Virus record (IMG/VR): IMGVR_UViG_3300045988_020044
Location: 1 to 45,657 of that record
DNA: 45,657 nt
DNA from: a virus
Direction: 5' to 3' (one strand)
Shown: one piece after another, positions 6,391 to 14,113 of the stretch
How positions within the stretch are numbered: position 1 is the first letter of the stretch
Layout: each line of letters begins with the position of its first letter
Notes under the pieces: generated by a model
What the model was told of the DNA's origin: nothing
Seen by the model: only the letters and a program-made list of their open reading frames with translations
Database searches by the model: none
Made by a program: the position numbers and the translations under genes

Positions 6391-8490
6391 ATGAGTGAAT
6401 ATCCGAGTATGTATGATGCGGCTATCGAATATGCTAAAAAAGGATTTGCTGTCTTCCCGTTAAAATACCGCGATAAAGTTCCGCTTACCAGGAATGGATG
6501 TAAGGATGCAACTACAGACGCAGCTCAGATAAAAGCCTGGTGGCAGAAATATCCAAATGCAAACATAGGTCTTGCGACTGGTTCAGTTAGCCAGAATGTA
6601 TTTGTAATTGATTTAGACATTGATGAAGATCGCGGAATAGATGGGTACCATTCACTTGAAGATTGGCAGCGTGAACACGGAGATTTCCCAGAAACATGGA
6701 CAGCTATCACGGGACGCGGTGGATACCATTTGTACTATCGTGGAAATGGCAGAATAAAGAACCGAGCCGGAATTATTGATGGTGTAGATATTCGTGGAAA
6801 TGGCGGGTATGTAGTAGCTCCTCCATCAATACATAAGAATGGCAATCGGTATGAATGGGAATATTCACCGGATGAATTTGAGATCGCAAAGGCCGATAAC
6901 AATGTAGAATACTTCCTGAACCATGACGATCAGAAACGAGGCGCAGCTTTTACCATGCCAAATATCGTGGCAGCAGGACAAAGAAATCAGATGCTTTTTC
7001 GTTTTGCGTGTATGATGCAGGCGAAAGGAGCGTCAGATCAATCAGTGTTCGCCGCTACCATGGCTGAGAATGAAAGTTCCTGTTCGCCTCCATTAACTGA
7101 ACAGGAAGTCAAAGTCATTGTATCAAGTGCGACTAGATATGATAAAGGAAAGCCCATTCACATTGACTCAGATGGGGTTGCAACGCAAGGGTGGAGGGAG
7201 CCGGAGTTTGATTTTACAGAAAAAGGAACAATGATTCAGAGCATTAAGAACATGTGTGAAGCCATTGAGTACGACCCTGACTTGTATGGACATATCAAAT
7301 ATAACGAGTTATCATACGCGCCCTTTGTTTGCGGAAGTCTCCCGTGGGAACATGTAAACATGTATAGGGAATGGAGCAACAGTGATGACAGCAATTTGAA
7401 ATCGTACATTGAATCAAAATATGGGCTAAAGAGTCTGGAGAAGATCATGGAAGCACTTAATATCGTGGCAAATAGAAACAGATTCAACCCTGTTGTTGAT
7501 ATGCTTACTGACATTCATAAGAATAAGTGGAATAAAAAGACCGGATATATCAACAAACTACTTCCAGAATATCTGGGAGTGGAAGACACAGAGTATTCCA
7601 GGGAATGTATGAAACTGTTTATGTTAGGTGCAATCAGCAGGGCGTTCCATCCGGGATGTAAGTTTGACTACATGCCAGTATTATACGGCTCACAGGGAAT
7701 TGGAAAATCTACCTTCCTGAGACTTTTATCACTCAATAACGCATGGTATAACGACAACTTCAATACAGTCGAGGGCGACAAAGCCCCGGAAAAGCTGCGC
7801 GGTATGTGGATGGTGGAACTGGCAGAACTGCTGGCTACTAAAAAAGCAAAAGAAGTTGAGAGCATCAAAGCATTTTTAACATCCACAGTGGACACGTACA
7901 GGCCTCCATATGGACGCAGAACAGAGCAGAGACCAAGAGAGTGTGTGTTTGCCGGAACAACCAACAATGACCGTTTCCTGACTGATAGAACAGGCAATAG
8001 ACGATTCCTTCCGATAGTCACGAGAAAAGAACACGTCCTGAAATCCATGTTTGATGATCCACAGGCCGTAGCGTCAGACTTTACAAACGCTTGGGGAGAA
8101 GCCATGGAGCTTTTTGAAAGGGCCGATAGAACACCTAAGTTAATCCTTCCGAAGAATTTACAGCGATATATAGAGGACAAACAGGAGGAATTTATGGAGG
8201 AGGACGTGAGAGTGGGAATTATTCAAGAATGGCTAGACCATACAACGGAACCTCGCGTTTGCGTCGCAATGCTATATGAACAGGCGCTGGGCAACGAGGG
8301 CCGCAAGCCCACAAGGTTCGAGTCCAACGAAATTCACTCCATCATGCAGAACTGCATTGACGGATGGGAAAGGGAAAATGGTGGGAAACGGGTGAGATGT
8401 GGAAAGTATGGTCCGCAGATATGCTACCAAAAAGTCAGAAAATTAAGTGAATTTGAAAAAATGTGCGAGTGTGAGATACCATTTGACTAG
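6391..8490 (+). CDS. bifunctional primase-polymerase (Prim-Pol) with PriCT and VirE/D5-type P-loop helicase domains
   Basis: VFVIDLDID, GGYHLYY and DIRGNGGYVVAPPSIH (Prim-Pol). GSQGIGKSTF Walker A in the C-terminal half. AGGTGA SD before ATG 6391. Confidence 0.9.
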   Translation: MSEYPSMYDAAIEYAKKGFAVFPLKYRDKVPLTRNGCKDATTDAAQIKAWWQKYPNANIGLATGSVSQNVFVIDLDIDEDRGIDGYHSLEDWQREHGDFPETWTAITGRGGYHLYYRGNGRIKNRAGIIDGVDIRGNGGYVVAPPSIHKNGNRYEWEYSPDEFEIAKADNNVEYFLNHDDQKRGAAFTMPNIVAAGQRNQMLFRFACMMQAKGASDQSVFAATMAENESSCSPPLTEQEVKVIVSSATRYDKGKPIHIDSDGVATQGWREPEFDFTEKGTMIQSIKNMCEAIEYDPDLYGHIKYNELSYAPFVCGSLPWEHVNMYREWSNSDDSNLKSYIESKYGLKSLEKIMEALNIVANRNRFNPVVDMLTDIHKNKWNKKTGYINKLLPEYLGVEDTEYSRECMKLFMLGAISRAFHPGCKFDYMPVLYGSQGIGKSTFLRLLSLNNAWYNDNFNTVEGDKAPEKLRGMWMVELAELLATKKAKEVESIKAFLTSTVDTYRPPYGRRTEQRPRECVFAGTTNNDRFLTDRTGNRRFLPIVTRKEHVLKSMFDDPQAVASDFTNAWGEAMELFERADRTPKLILPKNLQRYIEDKQEEFMEEDVRVGIIQEWLDHTTEPRVCVAMLYEQALGNEGRKPTRFESNEIHSIMQNCIDGWERENGGKRVRCGKYGPQICYQKVRKLSEFEKMCECEIPFD

Positions 8491-8692
8491 AACTAGTTAC
8501 ACTTAGTTACATTTAGTTACACCCCAAGATACACCTCAAACCCTTATAAATACTGTATTTTTTACTTAGTGTAACTAATGTAACTAATATTTTACTATAA
8601 AGTATATTTTAATAATTATATAAAAAGGTAATTATAGGAAAAATTAAATACTTATGTTACACGTTACACATTCAAGGAGGGGGGGGGAAGAA
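8491..8692. other. putative origin of replication: iterons plus AT-rich stretch
   Basis: TAGTTACA x3 at 8494, 8504 and 8514 (10-bp phasing). Inverted TGTAACTA x2 at 8570 and 8579. GTTACAC x2 at 8656 and 8663. An almost pure A/T stretch lies at about 8587-8650. Confidence 0.6.
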
Positions 8693-8938
8693 ATGGCAAG
8701 CGTAAGAAAAGATGATATTCCAATGATGGCAATGTTTATGCCTAAATTATGGGAATTAATAAAAGAGTTTTACCTGGTTGAACTCACAGATGAATATTCA
8801 AAAGCAGCTTATGACCGCTGTATGGAATTGATAGAAATATATTCAGATCCATTAGCAAAAGAATTTGTTTTAGCATTTTGCAAATTTATTGATTCTAAAC
8901 AAAGGGAGTTGAGAAAGAATGTACAGCACGAAGAATAA
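8693..8938 (+). CDS. hypothetical protein (81 aa)
   Basis: ATG 8693 is preceded by a GGAGG SD fused to a G9 homopolymer (8679-8687). Confidence 0.6.
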   Translation: MASVRKDDIPMMAMFMPKLWELIKEFYLVELTDEYSKAAYDRCMELIEIYSDPLAKEFVLAFCKFIDSKQRELRKNVQHEE

Positions 8939-9185
8939 ATATGAACAGGGACAGGCTCTTAGAAAAGAAATCTATATGTATATCGTCAGTTATATCAAAC
9001 TGGTTGGATATGCACCGTCAATTACAGAGATTTCTGAAAAGGTGGATGCCGGGAGAGCTACGGTCTGGAAACATATCAATCAGTTGATTGATGATGGCCT
9101 GCTCAGAACAAACCACCCTAGTACCGACAGAGCATATACTCCGGTTGGGTACGGAATAAGAAAGATAAGCAAGGAGATAAAATGA
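8919..9185 (+). CDS. winged-helix DNA-binding protein, LexA N-terminal-domain-like
   Basis: GYAPSITEISEKVDAGRATVWKHINQLIDDGLL matches the LexA_DNA_bind pattern. No peptidase domain is present. Confidence 0.6.
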   Translation: MYSTKNKYEQGQALRKEIYMYIVSYIKLVGYAPSITEISEKVDAGRATVWKHINQLIDDGLLRTNHPSTDRAYTPVGYGIRKISKEIK

Positions 9186-9439
9186 AACTTTATGACGTAT
9201 ACGACGGAACGAAATATGTTGGGGAAATGACCATTGATCAGATTTCAGAGTTGACAGGAAAAACAAGAAGCCAGGTGTCAAGGGCGGTTTATTCAGCCTG
9301 CCTGCTCGATGAAAGATATGCGATTGTGTACGATGGGCGGGACACAATCTGCAAATCAAATAAAAACGATATGAGGATGTTGATGGAATTTGATGCTCTG
9401 GCAGGCAAAATAAGGAGGGCTGTTGGTTGGGAAAGTTAA
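9182..9439 (+). CDS. hypothetical protein, possible HTH (85 aa)
   Basis: TIDQISELTGKTRSQVSRAV is an HTH-like stretch. Confidence 0.5.
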   Translation: MKLYDVYDGTKYVGEMTIDQISELTGKTRSQVSRAVYSACLLDERYAIVYDGRDTICKSNKNDMRMLMEFDALAGKIRRAVGWES

Positions 9440-9807
9440 AAATCAAGCAGAAAAAGAAAGCATTCATTCCGTATACGAATCAGCAGGCTCATATGTTTGC
9501 GCAGTCTATCCAGAACTGCCAGAAAGAGTTAAAAGAAATGGAGTTGAAAGCCTTTGATGATGGGTTCGAGGATGGAAAGAACTGGTCTGACGTGCTGAAT
9601 TTTGTGATTTTGTTTTATGTAATGCACGAATTGCACGGATGGGGATGGAAACGTTACATGAAGGCTGTAAAAAGAATTAATAACTACATCAATGATATTA
9701 ATTCTGGAAAAACATCATTGTCTGAAATGGTTGATAAACTGGAGAAGAAACATCACATTCAGATTTGTGATGATTATAAGGAGCTAATCAAGAGATATGG
9801 AGCGTAA
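9427..9807 (+). CDS. hypothetical protein (126 aa, TTG start)
   Basis: GGAGG at 9414-9418 lies 8 nt before TTG 9427. Confidence 0.55.
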   Translation: MGKLKIKQKKKAFIPYTNQQAHMFAQSIQNCQKELKEMELKAFDDGFEDGKNWSDVLNFVILFYVMHELHGWGWKRYMKAVKRINNYINDINSGKTSLSEMVDKLEKKHHIQICDDYKELIKRYGA

Positions 9808-9941
9808 TTTAATCATAGATTGCTTTGCAGGTGGCAGCAGAAGCACTTGTGAAAGCTAATTGCCCGTATCTGAAAATCGGAGAGCGTAAAGCTGCACCGA
9901 TGATTTATATGCAGAATAACGGACAGGTAGCATTTGGTTAA
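9797..9941 (+). pseudogene. possible frameshifted remnant of a DNA methyltransferase (motif I region)
   Basis: Frame 1 reads MERNLIIDCFAGGSRSTCES*. The adjacent frame reads AAEALVKANCPYLKIGERKAAP.... IIDCFAGG resembles the AdoMet-binding DxFxGxG motif. Identification is weak. Confidence 0.25.
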
Positions 9942-10003
9942 GAAATCATGGAGGACTGTACAATAGTGTGTCAGTTACTTACATGGGGAAAGTGAGGATG
10001 AAA

Positions 10004-10234
10004 ATGGAGAAATTAAAACCTTGTCCGTTTTGCGGAAAAGAGATAGATACAGACAAAGATATGTATATCCCGGAAAGAGATTGGAAGCCATCTTTTTACG
10101 ACCCTGACAGTGGAGGTTATCCGATAAGTATTCACTGCGAATGCGGATTAGATTTTTGTCCGAGCACATGGGATTATAAAGAATTCGTTGAAGCATGGAA
10201 TAAAAGAGTAAACAAGGAGGACGCAAAATGTTAA
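10004..10234 (+). CDS. Lar-family restriction alleviation protein
   Basis: LKPCPFCG ... HCECG ... FVEAWNKR matches the Lar_restr_allev zinc-ribbon pattern. Confidence 0.7.
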   Translation: MEKLKPCPFCGKEIDTDKDMYIPERDWKPSFYDPDSGGYPISIHCECGLDFCPSTWDYKEFVEAWNKRVNKEDAKC

Positions 10235-10575
10235 TCAGAAGTCAGGATAAAGAGATATTAGTTAATTTTAATGTATCAGCTGGTATCGAAATTGCAGAAG
10301 GGACTACAAAAACAGTTGTAACATCATATATCACTGGATGCAGTTATTTACTCGGAGAATATTCCACCAGAGAAAAAGCTATGAAAGTACTGGACATGAT
10401 TCAGGATGCATATGTAGATGCAAAATTAAATGAAATTCTTCTTCCTGATGTCTGCAAATCGGCTAGTGAATCTCAGAGGGGAAAAGATAATACATCAATT
10501 GCAAAAACTATTAGAAAAGATTTTATGAAAAAAATGATATTCCAGATGCCAGAGGATAGTGAGGTGGAAGTATGA
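10228..10575 (+). CDS. hypothetical protein (115 aa)
   Basis: ORF track. Confidence 0.6.
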   Translation: MLIRSQDKEILVNFNVSAGIEIAEGTTKTVVTSYITGCSYLLGEYSTREKAMKVLDMIQDAYVDAKLNEILLPDVCKSASESQRGKDNTSIAKTIRKDFMKKMIFQMPEDSEVEV

Positions 10576-10901
10576 GTGATGTAATGGAATTTGTACAGAA
10601 CGAAGACGGCACATTTAGTGCATACGATGATACCTACGACATTGTAATACACTGTAAATCGGAAGATGAGCAGAAGAAAGTTATTGAGCGGTTATCTACT
10701 GACTGGATTCCGGTCAGTGAGAGATTGCCGGAGAAGCATAAAGATGTAATTGCAACTGTTAAATATAGTGGTTTTTGTGGAATGTACGGAAAATGGTTAA
10801 AGACAGCGTCCATTAATGACTATGGTGAATGGAATGGAGAATGTATAGGTGGTGAAGTTATTGCATGGATGTACTTGCCAAAACCATATAAGGAGGGCTA
10901 A
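10572..10901 (+). CDS. DUF551-like protein
   Basis: WIPVSERLPE ... VIAWMYLPKPY is the typical DUF551 signature. Confidence 0.6.
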   Translation: MSDVMEFVQNEDGTFSAYDDTYDIVIHCKSEDEQKKVIERLSTDWIPVSERLPEKHKDVIATVKYSGFCGMYGKWLKTASINDYGEWNGECIGGEVIAWMYLPKPYKEG

Positions 10902-10903
10902 AC

Positions 10904-11122
10904 ATGACAGTAAAGCAGTTATTGGACATTATAGATAAGAAAACAATGGTAGAAGTCAGAGGAGAGCACGACTGTGAACTTATATTTTCTACAAACAGAA
11001 ATTGTGGATACTATACAAAAGACGCTTTTGAAGAGATAAAAGAAAACACAGTCACACAGATTACTGCACTCGAAGAAGATCTGATTGTTATTTATATTGA
11101 TTCTAAGATATGGATGGAATAA
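10904..11122 (+). CDS. hypothetical protein (72 aa)
   Basis: ORF track with an AAGGAGGG SD. Confidence 0.6.
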   Translation: MTVKQLLDIIDKKTMVEVRGEHDCELIFSTNRNCGYYTKDAFEEIKENTVTQITALEEDLIVIYIDSKIWME

Positions 11123-11165
11123 TCAATGGAAATGTCAATTTTCGAAAAAGAGGGAGACTGGATTA

Positions 11166-11306
11166 ATGGGAAGATGTAAATTAGAGTGTCCAGACGGTGA
11201 AACAGAATGCTGCATCTGCTGTACTAAACAGGATTCCTGCCAGTGCAGATGTGATGAGATGGACAGTTATGAATATGCGGAGGAGTGTGAGGAATATGAA
11301 AATTGA
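11166..11306 (+). CDS. Cys-rich acidic hypothetical protein (46 aa)
   Basis: MGRCKLECPDGETECCICCTKQDSCQCRCDEMD... Confidence 0.45.
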   Translation: MGRCKLECPDGETECCICCTKQDSCQCRCDEMDSYEYAEECEEYEN

Positions 11307-11604
11307 TGAATTAGGATTAGCAATAACAACAAGAACATACAACATACTGTTAAGAGCAGGGATTACTACCACTGAGGAAATCAAAGAAAAATCAGATGAT
11401 GATCTGAAAAGAATCAGAAATATGTCTGAGAAATGTTACAAAGAGATTAAGCAAGCTGTGTACTGTACGGACTGTAAACGCAGTATCTATGGAGAATATC
11501 ATGATTGTGACATCAATATGGAAAGTGGCGGAAGATATCTTCGAGGAGATTGCGAGTGCCATTGCAAAGTACTTATGGAGGGACAAAAAAATGCGGTTAA
11601 TTGA
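11296..11604 (+). CDS. RNA polymerase alpha-subunit C-terminal-domain-like (HhH) protein with Cys-rich tail
   Basis: IDELGLAITTRTYNILLRAGITTTEEIKEKSDDDLKRIRNMSEKCYKEI parallels the alpha-CTD consensus. Confidence 0.6.
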   Translation: MKIDELGLAITTRTYNILLRAGITTTEEIKEKSDDDLKRIRNMSEKCYKEIKQAVYCTDCKRSIYGEYHDCDINMESGGRYLRGDCECHCKVLMEGQKNAVN

Positions 11605-11824
11605 TGCAGACAAAATAATTGACTCTCTTGGAAATTCGGATATGGATTTTGCAATAGGTGCAGTTATTGACGAACAGCCGACAGCTTTTGATGTGGACAA
11701 GGTTGTTGGTGAGTTGAAAAGAGATAAATTCATTGAATCGGAATGTATCTTATCTGACGTACATCAAGGATATAATGCTGGACTGAACAGAGCAATAGAA
11801 ATTGTAAAAGGAGGGTGGAGTTGA
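11591..11824 (+). CDS. hypothetical protein (77 aa)
   Basis: GGAGGG SD followed by ATG 11591. Confidence 0.55.
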   Translation: MRLIDADKIIDSLGNSDMDFAIGAVIDEQPTAFDVDKVVGELKRDKFIESECILSDVHQGYNAGLNRAIEIVKGGWS

Positions 11825-12148
11825 ATGAGTAAATCAGTATTAGTGATTGATACGCCCAGAAACTGTTATGATTGCCCGTTCGGAACTGCATACTGTGGCG
11901 AAATTGAATATGAGGGTTTGTGTGAATTAGCTGACTGTTTAGACTGCGATGAAATTCTGATGACAGAAGAACATTATGATTGTGAAAGTAAATCAAAACC
12001 TGTTTGGTGTCCATTGAAGCTGTTACCAGAGAAGAAAAGTACAACTGCACCCGTGAGCAATTACGAAGTGCAGAAAAACTTATTTGCCGACGGTTGGAAT
12101 GCCTGCTTGAGAGAAATTACAAAAACAAGCGATGAAAATGAGCGATAA
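11825..12148 (+). CDS. Cys-rich hypothetical protein (107 aa)
   Basis: ORF track. Confidence 0.6.
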   Translation: MSKSVLVIDTPRNCYDCPFGTAYCGEIEYEGLCELADCLDCDEILMTEEHYDCESKSKPVWCPLKLLPEKKSTTAPVSNYEVQKNLFADGWNACLREITKTSDENER

Positions 12149-12174
12149 AAAGCAAGCGATAAGAGGTGAAGTAG

Positions 12175-12606
12175 ATGGAGAGATTAACACGCAGAATAAA
12201 CAATAACAAGATTACCGCAATAAAAGGACATGGTTGTAATTATAGTGTACACTCATTTGATTGTCAGGACAATGAGGGAAGAGATAAATTAAGAGCGGCA
12301 TTAGAAAAACTTGCCGACTACGAGGATTTAGAAGAACAGGGCTTGCTATTAAAACTTCCAATACCATTAAACACTACTGTTTATACAATATATACGAAAC
12401 AATGGTGTTATTATGATGATAACTGTATGGAAGATATAGAATATAAATGTATGAATGGAGAGTTTTGTGAAAATCAAAAAGTAAGACATTATATTCATAC
12501 TGAAAAATTCAGTGCTTCAATGATTAACTTCATAAACAAAACAGTATTCTTAAACCGGGAAGAAGCTGAAAAGGAGCTGGAGGAGATGAAAAATGACAAG
12601 GCCTGA
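12175..12606 (+). CDS. hypothetical protein (143 aa)
   Basis: ORF track; MERLTRR...LADYEDLEEQGLL. Confidence 0.6.
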   Translation: MERLTRRINNNKITAIKGHGCNYSVHSFDCQDNEGRDKLRAALEKLADYEDLEEQGLLLKLPIPLNTTVYTIYTKQWCYYDDNCMEDIEYKCMNGEFCENQKVRHYIHTEKFSASMINFINKTVFLNREEAEKELEEMKNDKA

Positions 12607-13078
12607 GATTACGGCAGAATTATCAACCATGATTGAAAAGAAAATCAATCCGAACAACGATCCTCGTATCTACTGGGCAAAAGAGGTGACGTTTGATTAT
12701 TCTACAAACCATGCAGTTAGAGTGGACTATATGAAATTTGTTCCAGTGAATAATAGCGTGTCCGGGATAGAAAAAGGTGACTGCTATTGTTATGAGGTTA
12801 AATCATCAGCTGAAGATTTTCACTCTGGTCATGGGCTGAATTTTGTTGGCGATTATAACTATCTGGTTATGCCGACAGATGTATATGCTGCGATATCCCT
12901 TGAAATTCCGCATTACGTAGGAATATATGTGCCAGATGGAAATGAGCTTGCATGCATCAAAAAAGCAAAGCGAAGAAATCGGACAAGGCCTGTATCTGAA
13001 ATACTTCTGATGATGTTTCGGTCTGCAAACAGAGATTACAGGAAAACGGTAAAGAAACTGGAGGAGATGAAGAAATGA
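12593..13078 (+). CDS. PD-(D/E)XK-type nuclease, MmcB-like
   Basis: RVDYM ... CYEVKSS motif arrangement; assignment is from memory. Confidence 0.45.
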   Translation: MTRPEITAELSTMIEKKINPNNDPRIYWAKEVTFDYSTNHAVRVDYMKFVPVNNSVSGIEKGDCYCYEVKSSAEDFHSGHGLNFVGDYNYLVMPTDVYAAISLEIPHYVGIYVPDGNELACIKKAKRRNRTRPVSEILLMMFRSANRDYRKTVKKLEEMKK

Positions 13079-13284
13079 ATAGCAAACCTACACCAGACAT
13101 AACGCCAAACCTTGCTATATCAGCATACCACGTACTACAGCAATATTGCACTGGACAGCCAGCAGATTGCAGAGGCTGCGGATTCTACGAACACTGCCCA
13201 GAATGTTTTCAAGGCATACCATGTGACTGGAACTTGAATGAAGAAGGTGAAATAAATGAAGTTAAGAAAGGCAACACTAACTGA
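13075..13284 (+). CDS. Cys-rich hypothetical protein (69 aa)
   Basis: ORF track; QQYCTGQPADCRGCGFYEHCPEC. Confidence 0.55.
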   Translation: MNSKPTPDITPNLAISAYHVLQQYCTGQPADCRGCGFYEHCPECFQGIPCDWNLNEEGEINEVKKGNTN

Positions 13285-13552
13285 TTACGGAGTGCCGCCG
13301 GATGACATACCGACATTACAAAGTCACTTGCGGAATCTTAGTGAAAGCGATAAATACAATCTGTTACAGGTATCTATCAAATATGCGCCCGGCATTGAAT
13401 CACAAATCTATGACAGCATCGTAAACAGTATCGGATATCGAACAATGGAGAAGATCAGGACGGTTCCTGCAACAGAGAACGACTTTTATGGTTACAAACG
13501 CAAGGTCATGGCGGAATATTATCATTTAGCAAAGCTGATTGGCAGACTTTAA
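13256..13552 (+). CDS. hypothetical protein (98 aa) immediately upstream of the packaging module
   Basis: ORF track. Confidence 0.55.
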   Translation: MKLRKATLTDYGVPPDDIPTLQSHLRNLSESDKYNLLQVSIKYAPGIESQIYDSIVNSIGYRTMEKIRTVPATENDFYGYKRKVMAEYYHLAKLIGRL

Positions 13553-13570
13553 AAAAACTTAAAAATTTAT

Positions 13571-13611
13571 AAAAGTGGTAGAGAGCTACGTACGCCCTAG
13601 TATGGTATTAT
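13571..13611 (+). promoter_or_regulatory. putative late promoter: 15-mer AAAAGTGGTAGAGAG plus extended -10 TGGTATTAT
   Basis: The same 15-mer occurs at 23559-23573, also 19-20 nt upstream of a TGnTAxxAT -10. No canonical -35 is present. Confidence 0.55.
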
Positions 13612-13669
13612 AGTATATATAACTATAACTATGCTAGGGTGTTTTATGTTTGGAGGTGAGAATGTGGGA

Positions 13670-14113
13670 ATGCCAATGGGAAAACCGCCCATGTATAAAA
13701 CGGTGGATGAAATTGAAAAAAAAATCGAAAAATATTTTGAGGATTGTAAAGGATATCCTTTGACTGATAGCAAAGGCAAGCAGGTATTTAATAAATTTGG
13801 CTCACCAGTTTTTGCAGACGTTCATCCTCCAACGATTACAGGATTGGCATTGGCACTTGGATTTGCAAGCAGACAGGCGCTTTTGAATTATCAAGCAAAA
13901 CCAGAGTTTAATGACACGATTACGCGCGCGAAAGCCAGAGTAGAACAGTACGCAGAGGAAAGGCTATTTGATCGTGATGGTTCAAATGGCGCTCAGTTCA
14001 GCTTGAGAAATAATTTTAAGGGATGGGATGCTGATAAGAAAAATGATGATTCTGGAGATGGAAAGATTACGATTGTGAATAACATTCCAAGGCCGGAGAA
14101 ACAGAATGAATGA
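13670..14113 (+). CDS. terS: terminase small subunit
   Basis: PPTITGLALALGFASRQALLNY...FSLRNNFKGW is the typical TerS pattern, and the gene precedes TerL. The start could instead be GTG 13664. Confidence 0.8.
   Translation: MPMGKPPMYKTVDEIEKKIEKYFEDCKGYPLTDSKGKQVFNKFGSPVFADVHPPTITGLALALGFASRQALLNYQAKPEFNDTITRAKARVEQYAEERLFDRDGSNGAQFSLRNNFKGWDADKKNDDSGDGKITIVNNIPRPEKQNE

Noticed and set aside
8494-8521. Iteron-like repeats as a cos or pac packaging site
   Set aside because: They are far from the terminase genes, lie directly after the primase-helicase gene and are adjacent to an AT-rich stretch. An origin is the more economical reading.
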